Below the pieces are notes generated by a model, which made no database searches, was not told the origin of the DNA, and saw nothing but the letters and a program-made list of their open reading frames with translations. The translations under genes were made by a program, and so were the position numbers. 33,383 nt of DNA from Candidatus Aminicenantes bacterium (GTDB taxonomy: Bacteria; Acidobacteriota; Aminicenantia; Aminicenantales; Saccharicenantaceae), in assembly GCA_037441295.1 (NCBI GenBank), contig JBBISK010000002.1:1-33383 (forward strand), read 5' to 3'. Shown in pieces: positions 17,216 to 26,635 of the stretch. Position 1 is the stretch's first letter. Each line of letters begins with the position of its first letter.

Positions 17216-19405
17216 CTAGCGCCCCGGGCCCGGGCGGCCGTCGAGCCGGCCGCGGAGGACGGTGATCGAGGCCCGCGGCAGCGCGTACTCCCGCCCCGGC
17301 CCGCCGGAGAGCCGCGTCCGGACCTCCGGGCCGTCGGGGTCCGCCCGGCCGTTCGCCCCGTCGGCGTGCCACTCGTATTGGCCGAGGCCGAAGGTCACGA
17401 AGTCCACGGTCCCCGAAAAGTGGCGGTCCGCCCCCGACCCTTCGTCCCGGAAGACGACGCGGACAGGCCGGGCGTTCTCCCGGTCCTTGTTGACGAGGAG
17501 GAGCGACCACTGGCCGTCGGGCCGCTCCAGGGCATAGGCGGTGACCAGGACGTTCCCCGAAGCGTCGCGCGCGTCGCTCTCCGCCCGGAAGACGCGGTGC
17601 GGCGCGTCCACCGGCTGGACCCACTCGCGGGTGAGGAGGCGCGAGGCGAAGTACTGCGCATAATACCCCCGGACCCGGAAGTCCGCGTCGACGTTGAGAA
17701 GGCCGAACGAACCCCAGGAGGCATTGCAGCCGGGATGGAGCGCCGACGGGACGTCATGGAAGAAATAGCTCGCGCTCCCGCCGGCGGCGAAGAAGGCCCC
17801 GGTGTAGTCGGCGAGCCAGAGGCCGCCCATGATATCGACGAACGTTTCCCCCGTCTGCCAGGACAGGTTGAGCTCGGTGACGTACATCGGTACGTCGGGC
17901 GGCAGCCCGTCCTCGCGCCACACCCGGACGATGTCCGTGATCAGCCGGGGCTCGTTGTAGAGGTCGCTCCACGAGGTGTGGCACGGGTCGTACGGGTAAT
18001 GCTCGAAGGAGAAGAAGGCCAGGTCCGAGAGACGGCCGCGGATCTTGAGATAGTCGATGAAGCGCCCCAGCCAGGAGACGCGACCCGTCTCGTCCGGCCA
18101 GACCTCGATGTCGCTGTTGACGCCCTGGAAGGCCGGCCCGCCCAGCTTCAGCCGCGGGTCGACGCGGTGGATGGCGTCGGCGAACTGGACGTAGAGCGCG
18201 CCGTAATCCTCGGGGAGCATGTACTGGCCGTCGGCCTCCTCGCCCATCTCGACGCAGGCGATGGGATAGCCGCGCTTCTCGACGTAGGCGATCTCCGCCG
18301 CGGCGTCCTCGGGCGTCGAGTAGATCATGGCCACCGGGATCATGGCCGGCAGGCCCCGCGTCACGCCGCTCGTGTAGAAGAAGTCGAGGCCGACCTGGTC
18401 GCCGAGCTTCTCGTCGAGGTCGGAGGCCTCGTGCCACGGGTCGACCGAGGAGCAGAGGGTGGGCGTCTGCGAGCCGTCCGGCGCGTGGCGGACGAGGTCC
18501 TGAAAGCGGCCGTCGGCGGCCAGCGTCCCCGCCTCGACCTCGCGGATGGCGTAGCCGGCGCAGTTGCGGCGGTCGGCCGCGCCGTGCGTGTCGCAGGTCC
18601 CCGACGACGCCGTCATCCAAACGCGGACGTACCTCGCCGCGACCGGCGCCGTCGCGAGGCGCAGGGTGGCCTGGCCGCCGCGGCCGTCGGTGACGCTGCC
18701 GAGCGGGAAGGTCTGCCAGACGCCCTTGGTCGGGGCGCCGACCGGGCTCGCCTCGCCCGTCCAGAACTGGACCCGGTAAACGCGCGCGTAGGGCTCGGCC
18801 CAGGCGATGCGGACGGCGTCGAGCGAGCGCTTTTCGCCGAGGTCGATTATGACCCATTGGGGATGGAGGGCGTCGTCCTCGCCGGTGAAGGCCCTCGTCA
18901 GGTAGGGGTTGCTCTTCCAATAGGTGGCGATGTCGCCGTCGGTCAGCCGGGAATAGCCGCGCTCGGTGCCGCTGTTCCGGGTGAAGCCGCGGTGCGGCAG
19001 CGGGCAGGCGTAAGAATGGCGGATCGGCTCCGGCCCGGGCTGGGCGTCGCCGACGAAATAGCCGCGTCCGGCCGGGTCGCTCCAAGTCCCCCGCGGGTTC
19101 CAGTGCCAGGCCTCGACGAAGAGCTCGGTGTTCTGGCGGTAGGTCACGGGCTGCCAGCCCGCCGAGAGGATCTGCTGCAGGAAGGGCCCGGCGAGGACCT
19201 TGTCGGCGACGCCGTTCCTCAGCCGGTCGACGCCGGCGCCGAGGGCCCGCACCGGGCTGAAGGTGTTGACGGCGCGCGACGGCGCGGCATCGACGACGAC
19301 GGTCGCGACGCCCTCGCGGGGGGCCGGGGAGCCGCCTGCGGCAGAGAGGAGCACGGCCGCGCCGCAAAGGACGATGGTCTTGAGGATGCGGGGGCTCGGG
19401 GGCAT
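17216..19405 (-). CDS. Secreted discoidin (F5/8 type C) domain glycoside hydrolase-like protein
   Basis: Signal peptide; LTDGDIATYWKS...PQWVIIDLG...ARYVRVWMT discoidin motifs; GH-A-like EMGEEAD, FSFEHYPY and YVTELN; C-terminal beta-sandwich (LLLVNKD, LPRASITV). Confidence 0.7.
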   Translation of the reverse strand: MPPSPRILKTIVLCGAAVLLSAAGGSPAPREGVATVVVDAAPSRAVNTFSPVRALGAGVDRLRNGVADKVLAGPFLQQILSAGWQPVTYRQNTELFVEAWHWNPRGTWSDPAGRGYFVGDAQPGPEPIRHSYACPLPHRGFTRNSGTERGYSRLTDGDIATYWKSNPYLTRAFTGEDDALHPQWVIIDLGEKRSLDAVRIAWAEPYARVYRVQFWTGEASPVGAPTKGVWQTFPLGSVTDGRGGQATLRLATAPVAARYVRVWMTASSGTCDTHGAADRRNCAGYAIREVEAGTLAADGRFQDLVRHAPDGSQTPTLCSSVDPWHEASDLDEKLGDQVGLDFFYTSGVTRGLPAMIPVAMIYSTPEDAAAEIAYVEKRGYPIACVEMGEEADGQYMLPEDYGALYVQFADAIHRVDPRLKLGGPAFQGVNSDIEVWPDETGRVSWLGRFIDYLKIRGRLSDLAFFSFEHYPYDPCHTSWSDLYNEPRLITDIVRVWREDGLPPDVPMYVTELNLSWQTGETFVDIMGGLWLADYTGAFFAAGGSASYFFHDVPSALHPGCNASWGSFGLLNVDADFRVRGYYAQYFASRLLTREWVQPVDAPHRVFRAESDARDASGNVLVTAYALERPDGQWSLLLVNKDRENARPVRVVFRDEGSGADRHFSGTVDFVTFGLGQYEWHADGANGRADPDGPEVRTRLSGGPGREYALPRASITVLRGRLDGRPGPGR

Positions 19406-19440
19406 GGGACCTCCTCGGGACGCGGGGATGGAACGGAGCG

Positions 19441-19494
19441 ATAGTAGGACAGCCCGGCGAAGCTTGTCAAACTGCTTGGACCGTTTGCTACAAT
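19441..19494. promoter_or_regulatory. Overlapping divergent promoters
   Basis: Minus: TTGACA (19470-19465), 18 nt, TACTAT (19446-19441). Plus: extended -10 TGCTACAAT (19486-19494), with TTGTCA at 19464-19469. Confidence 0.6.
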
Positions 19495-19509
19495 GGATGC
19501 AGAGCCATC

Positions 19510-21117
19510 ATGGATCTTCTTCATCTTCGGACGCGCCTCTCGATCGCCGTCGCCGCGGCGGCCGCCCTGGTGTTCCTCGCCGCCTGCGGAGGCAAGGCCC
19601 CGTCGGGGAACCGCGCGCAGAGCCCGGCGACGGCGGACCGGCAGGCGGCCCTTGCCGGGCGAGACGGCGGCGGCCGGTCTCACTGGGTGACGGCCGAGGG
19701 CCCGAACGCGAACGCCGGCGTCCTCCGCGCCGTGCTCGCCGCCGCCGACACGCACGGCCTGGACCCGAAGGACTACGCCGTGGGCGAGATCGGCCGCCTC
19801 TGGGAGATGAAGGACCCCGAGAGCCTGGCCCGCCTGGAGTCACTCCTCACGACCGCGCTCGGGAACTACGCCTCCGACATGACCGAGGGCCGCCACCAGC
19901 CGAGGGACTTCGATCCCGAGGCCTTCCCCACGGCTTGCGATTGCGAGGTCGACCGGCCTGCCCTGCTCGAGCGGGCGCTGGCCGCTCGCGACCTCAGGGC
20001 CTTCCTCGAGGACCTGGCCCCCCCCTTCGACGAGTACCGGGCGCTCCGTGAGAAGCTGGCCGAGTACCGGGCCCTGGCCGCCCGCGGCGGCTGGCCTGCC
20101 GTGCCGCCGGGCGGAAAGCTCAAGCCCGGCGACAGGGACCCGCGTGTGGACGCGGTCCGCCGGCGGCTGGCCGCGACGGGCGAATGGCCGGCCGCCGATC
20201 CCGCGGACAGCGAGACCTACGACGGGAGCCTGGCCGCGGCGGTCACGCGCTTCCAGCGGCATCATGGCCTCGAGGCGGACGGGATCATCGGGCCGGGGAC
20301 CCTCGCCGCCCTCGACGTTCCGGTCGAGAGCCGCATCCGCCAGCTTATCGTCAACATGGAGACATGGCGCTGGGTCGGACGCGACCGCGGCGACTGGTGG
20401 GTCACCGTCAACATCCCGAGCTTCCGCCTGACGGCGGTGAGAGCGGGCAAGGTCGAGCTCTCCATGGCCGTCGTCGTCGGCGACGAGGCCCACATGACCC
20501 CGGTCTTCAGCGACCGGGTCCGCTACGTCGAGTTCAACCCATTCTGGAACGTGCCCGTCAGCATCGCCAGGAAGGAATTCCTGCCCAAGCTGCAGAAGGA
20601 TCCGGCCTTCCTCAAGAAGCAGCACATCCGGATGTTCGAGGGCTGGGACGCGGGGGCCGACGAGGCCGATTCCACGTCCGTCGATTGGGCGTCGGTCTCG
20701 GCCGGCGACATGGGGCGCTATCGCCTGAGGCAGGACCCTGGGCAGGACAACGCCCTGGGACATTTCGCCTTCGCCTTCCCGAACGCCTTCGGCGTCTACC
20801 TCCACGACACGCCGGCCCTCGGCCTGTTCGAGCGCCCCAAGCGGACCTTCAGCCACGGCTGCATCCGCGTCGCCCGGGCCCACGACCTCGCGGCCTATGT
20901 CCTCGGAGGAGAAGAGAAGGGCTGGACCCAGGAGAAGCTCGACGAGACGCTCGCGACCGGCGAGAACCGCATCGTCAACCTGGAGCGGCCGCTCCCCATC
21001 TACATCCTCTACAACACGGCCGTCGTCGACCGCGAGAGCCGCGACGCCTATTTCTTCGATGATGTCTACGGCCGGGACGCCCTGCTCGAGAAAGCGATCT
21101 TCCTGCCGAAGCGCTGA
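19510..21117 (+). CDS. ldtD: L,D-transpeptidase, YcbB/LdtD-like lipoprotein
   Basis: Lipobox FLAAC; scaffold domain; PG-binding motif AVTRFQRHHGLEADGIIG; VNIPSF; catalytic YLHDTP and SHGCIRV. Confidence 0.88.
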   Translation: MDLLHLRTRLSIAVAAAAALVFLAACGGKAPSGNRAQSPATADRQAALAGRDGGGRSHWVTAEGPNANAGVLRAVLAAADTHGLDPKDYAVGEIGRLWEMKDPESLARLESLLTTALGNYASDMTEGRHQPRDFDPEAFPTACDCEVDRPALLERALAARDLRAFLEDLAPPFDEYRALREKLAEYRALAARGGWPAVPPGGKLKPGDRDPRVDAVRRRLAATGEWPAADPADSETYDGSLAAAVTRFQRHHGLEADGIIGPGTLAALDVPVESRIRQLIVNMETWRWVGRDRGDWWVTVNIPSFRLTAVRAGKVELSMAVVVGDEAHMTPVFSDRVRYVEFNPFWNVPVSIARKEFLPKLQKDPAFLKKQHIRMFEGWDAGADEADSTSVDWASVSAGDMGRYRLRQDPGQDNALGHFAFAFPNAFGVYLHDTPALGLFERPKRTFSHGCIRVARAHDLAAYVLGGEEKGWTQEKLDETLATGENRIVNLERPLPIYILYNTAVVDRESRDAYFFDDVYGRDALLEKAIFLPKR

Positions 21118-21130
21118 CGGACGACAAAAG

Positions 21131-21703
21131 GTGAGAGTGAGAAAAAGGACGGTGGGAGCGAGAGGCGCGGCGCCTGGGGCGATCGTCCTCGCCCTGGCCG
21201 CGGCACTGGCCCTGGCCCCGGCCGCCGCGGCCCAGACCGTGATCACCGCGGCTCCCGAGCCGGTGCGGACGCTCGCCTTCTACAACACCCACAACGGGGA
21301 GCACCTGAGCGTCGTCTACAAGCGCGGGGATAACTACCTCCGGCCCGCCCTGGACGATATCAAGCACGTCCTTCGCGACCCGTTCACGGCCGAAGAGGTC
21401 CCGATCGACCCGGCCCTGCTGGATTTCCTCTACGACCTCCTCCAAAAGGTCGGCTACCGGGGCGAGGTCGAGGTCGTCTGCGGGTACCGGTGCGTCGAAA
21501 CGAACACGCGCCTCCACAACCAGTCGGGCAGCGTCGTCCTCGGCAGCCAGCATACCAAGGGCCGGGCCCTGGATTTCCGGCTGCGCGGGGTCAGCACCCG
21601 GAAGCTCTACGAGACGGCCAAGGCCATGAAGCGCGGCGGGACCGGTTACTACAAGGACTCGGATTTCATCCACATCGACACGGGGCCCGTCCGCTTCTGG
21701 TGA
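21131..21703 (+). CDS. mepK: YcbK/MepK family (DUF882, peptidase M15) murein endopeptidase
   Basis: GTG start at 21131 or 21137 (uncertain); signal peptide; RTLAFYNTHNGE, IDPALLD, GYR..TN, SQHTKGRALD and FIHIDTGPVRFW motifs; follows ycbB homolog. Confidence 0.85.
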   Translation: MRVRKRTVGARGAAPGAIVLALAAALALAPAAAAQTVITAAPEPVRTLAFYNTHNGEHLSVVYKRGDNYLRPALDDIKHVLRDPFTAEEVPIDPALLDFLYDLLQKVGYRGEVEVVCGYRCVETNTRLHNQSGSVVLGSQHTKGRALDFRLRGVSTRKLYETAKAMKRGGTGYYKDSDFIHIDTGPVRFW

Positions 21704-21709
21704 CGGCGC

Positions 21710-22816
21710 TCAGCGCGGGTAACGGCCGTAGCGTTCGACCAGCTCGGCGACGCGGCGGACGCGCCGCTCGAGCCCGTCGGGGGGGACCTGGTCGGCGACG
21801 CCCAGCACGTATCGCGGCTCGGAGGTCATGACACGCAGGACGGCCCGGACGTGGCGGTCGAACTCGTCGTCCGGCACCTTGTCCGTAAAATAAACCCCGG
21901 GCAGACCGCCCCAGAGGACGGTCGAAGGGTTTCCGCTCGACGCCGCCCAGCGGCCGACCTCGAGGTCGCCGAGCGGCGCCGGCGTCATGGCCTCGATGAA
22001 GGTGAAACCGGCGGCCGAGACCTGCTTGAGCAACCCCCTGAGCGTGCCGTCGAGGTGGACGCAGGAGAGTTTGCCCGCCTCACGGATGCGCGCCGCCCAG
22101 GCCTCGTGGTAATCGCGCATGAACCTCTCGTAGAAGCGCGGCCCGACGACCTCGGAGGAGAGGTTCTCGGGGATCATCAGGACCTCAGCCGGGCTGTCGA
22201 CGGCGATCCGGGCGGCCCGGTCGTGCGCCCGGCGCGCCGCGGCCAGCGTCTCCGCCAGTCCGTCGGGGGCGTCCGTGAAGATCTCCGTCACGGCCACGAT
22301 CCCGGCGTCGAGGGCGACCATCTGCATGAACGGGCTCTTGGGAAGGTAGCAGAGGACGACGCCCGCGCCGCCGACCTGGCGCCGCCTCGTTCCGGCGAAG
22401 GCGTAGTCGGGCTCGCAGCGCGTGTTCTCGAAGAGCCAGCGGTAGGCGTCGAGGTCGGCCGCGGACTTGACCAGACGCTCGGTCGGGGCCTCGGAAAAGG
22501 ACTCGGGAAGCCACGTCCAGGCCTCGGTCAGCGCGCCCCGCGGCGTCTCGATCTTCCGGCGGCGGACATTCCCCTCGCGCCACTCGGAGACGCTGCAGTT
22601 CTCGACGACCGTCCGGAAAGGGAAATACCCCTGCAGGTAGAAGCCGACGCCGAGGTCGCGGTGCCACTCGATGTAGGCATCGCTCTCCTTGAAGCCGGCC
22701 GGCTTGAGGCCGCGGCCGATGAGCGAAGTCGCCCAGTAGTCCAGGTCGCCGAACCAGGGCACGCGGTCGGGCTTGCCGCCGGCTAGGAGGGTCAGGACGC
22801 GGTCGCGCTCGGTCAT
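21710..22816 (-). CDS. Uroporphyrinogen decarboxylase-like / corrinoid methyltransferase family protein
   Basis: ERDRVL..L.GGKPDRVP start, TPRGAL, LVKSAADL, CVHLDG, LWGGLP and YVLGVADQVPPD: URO-D/CIMS TIM barrel pattern. Confidence 0.75.
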   Translation of the reverse strand: MTERDRVLTLLAGGKPDRVPWFGDLDYWATSLIGRGLKPAGFKESDAYIEWHRDLGVGFYLQGYFPFRTVVENCSVSEWREGNVRRRKIETPRGALTEAWTWLPESFSEAPTERLVKSAADLDAYRWLFENTRCEPDYAFAGTRRRQVGGAGVVLCYLPKSPFMQMVALDAGIVAVTEIFTDAPDGLAETLAAARRAHDRAARIAVDSPAEVLMIPENLSSEVVGPRFYERFMRDYHEAWAARIREAGKLSCVHLDGTLRGLLKQVSAAGFTFIEAMTPAPLGDLEVGRWAASSGNPSTVLWGGLPGVYFTDKVPDDEFDRHVRAVLRVMTSEPRYVLGVADQVPPDGLERRVRRVAELVERYGRYPR

Positions 22817-22843
22817 CGCGCTCCGTCCGGGACGCCCCCGGCT

Positions 22844-24277
22844 CTACTTCGCGCCCTCGAAGAGCGTCCAGGCGTGGCCTTTCATGTCCTTGAGGTATTT
22901 CTCCTGCCAGCGGTACTCGGGGTGCCTGGCCAGGAACGGCGCCGCGAGGAAGTCCTCACCGCAGGGATGGCCCATCCGGCCCCAGAATTTCATCTCCCCG
23001 GCCAGGGCCGCGCTCGTCACTTTGCCCTGGACGGCGCCGGCCGGGCAATAGGGGCCCCAGGCGACCGGCCAGCCCTTGGGGTCGTTCTCGATGTGACCGC
23101 AGAGGACGTTGGCGTTGGCGGCCTTGGCCCCCGTGCTCGCGTCGACGTGGTCCGCCTCGAACGCCTTGCCCAGCTCGACGTCGATGCGGCCCTTATTCAC
23201 GGCCATGAGCTTCTCCCAGCGCGCCTTGCGAACGAGGGTGCCCTGGGTCGCGTCCGTGGGGTCGAAGGTCGTCTCCTCGGCGATGAGCTTCGCGTCGAGC
23301 GGGAAGTTCGAGCCAATGAAATAACCGTCTGACGTCCGCCAGACGCGATGGTTCTTGAGGCCGAGCTCGAGGCGGGCGATCTCGTTCGTCTTGATGTCGC
23401 CGACGAGCCAGTCGTTGGCGTAGGCCCCGTTGCCGTCCGTGGTCATGATGCGGACGAAGTCGTCGATGGAAGCGGCGTACTGGGCGGCCTTGCGGGCGCG
23501 GGCGAACTCCGGCACGCCGTCCTCGCGGAAGCCCTTGAACTTGTCGATCGTCGTCTCGGTGTAGACGAGGCCCGCCCCGTTGACGACGAAATCGTCGCCG
23601 CTGTGGATGTAGCCGGGGAGGGCGTCCATCATCACCCGGAAGCCTTTCTCCGGGCGGATGTCGAGGACGACGTTCCAGCGCTCGCCGACGATGTAGTCGA
23701 CCCAGTTGTTGTGGCCCATGACGATCCGGCCGTCCGCGGTGAAGCCGCCGGTGGCGATGAAGGCGCTGCAGCTGCCGGGAGCGCGGCTGACTCCGGGGCT
23801 GGTCTTGAGCTTGTCCTCGAGATAGGGGACGTAGTAGGAGGCGAGCTCGAGCCAGCCGTTGAGGGCGGCGAGGTCGGTCCGGTCGAAGCGGCTCGACGGA
23901 AGGCGGGCGCGGAGCCCCTCGGCGATGCCCTCGATCTCGTCACGATACTCGGGGTCGAGCTTGGGCCAGAACATGCGGCCGGCGGCCTCGCGGAAGAAGG
24001 CCCAGTCGTGCTTCGTCGAGCCCTTGAGGAGGACGGCCAGGGCCCGGAGTGTTTCGTCGATCTCGGGGGCGAGGAGCCAGCCGTGCTGGAAGCCGATGTC
24101 CCTCGGCTTTCCCTCGAGCCGGACGTGGACCCAGCCGTTCGCGTCCTCGCGCGTCGCGTTCCCGAGGCGGGGGTTGCGGGGGGCGCTCCGGCCGGGGACC
24201 GGGACGCCGGCCATGGCGATGAGGACGACCGCCGCGGCCAGGACGGCGGCCGCCGCGGACCTGCTGCGCTTGTTCAT
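22844..24277 (-). CDS. C45 family / phospholipase B-like Ntn hydrolase, secreted
   Basis: Likely ATG at 24277 with signal peptide; G.P.DIGFQHG, internal nucleophile site GS|CSAFIA, GHNNW, SGDDF, ETTI and GAYANDW motifs. Confidence 0.8.
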   Translation of the reverse strand: MNKRSRSAAAAVLAAAVVLIAMAGVPVPGRSAPRNPRLGNATREDANGWVHVRLEGKPRDIGFQHGWLLAPEIDETLRALAVLLKGSTKHDWAFFREAAGRMFWPKLDPEYRDEIEGIAEGLRARLPSSRFDRTDLAALNGWLELASYYVPYLEDKLKTSPGVSRAPGSCSAFIATGGFTADGRIVMGHNNWVDYIVGERWNVVLDIRPEKGFRVMMDALPGYIHSGDDFVVNGAGLVYTETTIDKFKGFREDGVPEFARARKAAQYAASIDDFVRIMTTDGNGAYANDWLVGDIKTNEIARLELGLKNHRVWRTSDGYFIGSNFPLDAKLIAEETTFDPTDATQGTLVRKARWEKLMAVNKGRIDVELGKAFEADHVDASTGAKAANANVLCGHIENDPKGWPVAWGPYCPAGAVQGKVTSAALAGEMKFWGRMGHPCGEDFLAAPFLARHPEYRWQEKYLKDMKGHAWTLFEGAK

Positions 24278-24320
24278 TTTTCCACTCCCGTCTTTTTTGT
24301 TGGGCACACGCCCGTCGCCC

Positions 24321-24349
24321 ATTCTAATGTTTTATCCGGGCCGCGGCAA
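24321..24349 (-). promoter_or_regulatory. Putative sigma70 promoter of C45 gene
   Basis: TTGCCG (24349-24344), 17-nt spacer, TAGAAT (24326-24321). Confidence 0.55.
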
Positions 24350-24410
24350 CGCCTCGGCCAAGGCACCCCGGCAGGAAACCTTTCCGCCCGCCACCGCGTC
24401 TGATTCTCAA

Positions 24411-24469
24411 GAAGGGGTCAGGTCTACTTTCTTGCAGTTTTTCTGCAAGAAAGTAGACCTGACCCCTTC
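24411..24469. repeat. Perfect palindrome with 27-bp arms and 5-nt loop (REP/REPIN- or MITE-like)
   Basis: GAAGGGGTCAGGTCTACTTTCTTGCAG-TTTTT-CTGCAAGAAAGTAGACCTGACCCCTTC, no mismatches, in a divergent intergenic region. Confidence 0.9.
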
Positions 24470-24571
24470 CGGAGCTTGGCCAATCGCACGTTTGACCCCG
24501 GCCGCCGGGCGGGGGTAGGATAACACCCGGATGACGACGGGCCGAGAGACGCGCCCGCCAAGGAGGTTTCG

Positions 24572-26635
24572 ATGAAAAGGAATCGCACCCTGACCCTTAT
24601 CGCGATGGCGGCGCTCGTCGCCTTCGCGCTCGTCATGCCGGCCCCCGCGGGCCCGGGCCAGGCGAAGGCGTCGCCGGCCGCGGCCAAGCATGTGCCGACG
24701 GTCGAGGACCTCATGGCCCTCAAGTCGGCCGGCTCGCCCCGGATCTCCCCGGACGGGACCAAGGTGGCCTACTCCGTCACGGAAACGGATTTCGACCAGG
24801 ACGCCTATGTGACTCAAATCTGGCTGGCCGACGTCGCCACGGGCCAGTGCCTCCAGCTCACCCGCGGCAAGAAGTCCTCCTCCGGTCCCGACTGGTCGCC
24901 CGACGGCCGCTGGCTGGCCTTCACTTCGAGCCGCGTCGACGACAAATCCCAGCTCTTCGTCATCAACCCCAGTGCCGGCGAGGCCATCCAGTTGACGAAA
25001 AGCGAGACCGGCGTCAACGGCTACGCCTGGTCGCCCGACGGCAGGACGATCGCCTTCACCGCGACCGACCCCGAGGCCAAGGAGACGAAGGACCGCCGCG
25101 ACTTTTACGGGGATTTCGAAGTCGTGCGTGAGGAATACCGGTTCACGCATCTCTGGACGGTCGACGTCGCGGAAGCCCTCAAGGCGCCACAGGCGGGAAA
25201 ACGCCGCACCTCCGGCAAGGACTGGACGGTCGGCGGTTTCGACTGGTCGCCCGACGGCGCGAAGATCGGCTTCACCGCGACCCTCAACTCCGACCTCATC
25301 AACGGCGCCACGGCCGACGTCTACGTTCTCGACCTGGCCACGGACACGGTCAAGAAGATCGTCTCTCAGCCGGGTCCGGACTTCTTCACGGCCTGGTCGC
25401 CGGACGGCCGCTCGATCCTCATCACGACGACCATGGGCAAAGCCGACTATTTCGCGAGGAACAGGCGCCTGGCCGTCGTCCCGGCCGAGGGAGGGGCCGT
25501 CCGCTCCCTGACCGACGCCTTCGACGAGAACGCGGCCGCGAATAAATGGACGGCCGACGGGATCTATTTCTCCGCGGCGCAAAAAACGGCCGGGCATCTC
25601 TTCCGACTCGACCCGGCTACCCTCAAGATCGAGCGCGTCACTTCCCCTGATGACGCCATGGTCTCCTCGTTCACCTTTTCCCGCGACGGCAAGCGGATGG
25701 CCTTCATGTCCGCCTCGCCAACGGCACTGGGCGAGGTCTGCGTATCGGATTTCCCCTTCAAGCCCCGCGTCCTGACGCGGATGACGGAGCAGGCCGCCCC
25801 GTTCATCCTGGGGACGCGCGAGGTCATCTCCTGGAAGAGCCAGGACGGGACGACGATCGAGGGCGTTCTCATCAAGCCGGCGGATTTCGACCCGGCGAAA
25901 AAGTGCGCCCTGCTCTGCGTCATCCACGGCGGGCCGACAGGAACGGATCGCCCGCTCCTCCTCTCGCCCGACTCGAGCTACTACCCGGCGGACATCTGGG
26001 CGGCGCGCGGCGCCCTCGTCCTCAAGGTCAACTACCGCGGCAGCGCCGGCTACGGCGAGAAGTTCCGCATGCTCAACGTCCGCAACCTCGGCGTCGGCGA
26101 CGCCTGGGATGTCCTTTCGGGCGTCGACTTCCTGGCCAAGAAGGGCTGGGTCGACCCGGCCCGCGTCGGCTGCATGGGCTGGAGCCAGGGTGGCTACATC
26201 TCGGCCTTCCTGACGACCTCGAGCCGGGCCTTCAAGGCCATTTCCGTCGGGGCCGGGATCTCGGACTGGGCCACCTATTACTACAACACCGACATCACGC
26301 CGTTCACGATCAACTACCTGGGCGCCGACCCGGTCACGGACCCGCAGATTTACGCCAAGACCTCGCCCATGACCTACATCAAGAAGGCGGCGACGCCGAC
26401 CCTCATCCAGCACGGCGAGAACGACAGGCGCGTCCCGATCCCCAACGCCTACGAGCTGCGCCAGGGGCTGACCGACCGGGGCGTGCCCGTCGAGATGGTC
26501 GTCTACAAGGGCTTCGGCCACGGCATTTCCAAGCCCAAGGCCATGCGGGCCGTCATGGAGCACAACCTGGCCTGGTTCGGCCACTACATCTTCGGCGACC
26601 CGAAGCCCGACCTAACCGCCCCGCCGCTCAAATAA
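24572..26635 (+). CDS. S9 family (dipeptidyl/acylaminoacyl) peptidase, secreted
   Basis: AAGGAGG RBS; signal peptide; WSPDG propeller repeats; IHGGP, NYRGS, nucleophile GWSQGG, D in GENDRRVP, H in GHG. Confidence 0.93.
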   Translation: MKRNRTLTLIAMAALVAFALVMPAPAGPGQAKASPAAAKHVPTVEDLMALKSAGSPRISPDGTKVAYSVTETDFDQDAYVTQIWLADVATGQCLQLTRGKKSSSGPDWSPDGRWLAFTSSRVDDKSQLFVINPSAGEAIQLTKSETGVNGYAWSPDGRTIAFTATDPEAKETKDRRDFYGDFEVVREEYRFTHLWTVDVAEALKAPQAGKRRTSGKDWTVGGFDWSPDGAKIGFTATLNSDLINGATADVYVLDLATDTVKKIVSQPGPDFFTAWSPDGRSILITTTMGKADYFARNRRLAVVPAEGGAVRSLTDAFDENAAANKWTADGIYFSAAQKTAGHLFRLDPATLKIERVTSPDDAMVSSFTFSRDGKRMAFMSASPTALGEVCVSDFPFKPRVLTRMTEQAAPFILGTREVISWKSQDGTTIEGVLIKPADFDPAKKCALLCVIHGGPTGTDRPLLLSPDSSYYPADIWAARGALVLKVNYRGSAGYGEKFRMLNVRNLGVGDAWDVLSGVDFLAKKGWVDPARVGCMGWSQGGYISAFLTTSSRAFKAISVGAGISDWATYYYNTDITPFTINYLGADPVTDPQIYAKTSPMTYIKKAATPTLIQHGENDRRVPIPNAYELRQGLTDRGVPVEMVVYKGFGHGISKPKAMRAVMEHNLAWFGHYIFGDPKPDLTAPPLK

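Noticed and set aside
6675-19444. Very long antisense ORFs (6675-10043 +, 15776-19444 +; also 64-1365 +, 24407-26584 -, 28188-30932 -)
   Set aside because: They are shadows of real genes on the opposite strand, caused by stop-codon scarcity at high GC; they show no motifs and one crosses the tmRNA
21470-21500. VCGYRC in place of ISGYRS in the MepK homolog
   Set aside because: CGYR and GYRC variants occur in M15-family proteins to my knowledge, and the zinc ligands look intact
24890-25410. Recurring tggtcgcccgacggc sequences
   Set aside because: They encode the WSPDG propeller repeats of the S9 peptidase; spacing is irregular, so not a CRISPR array or DNA repeat element
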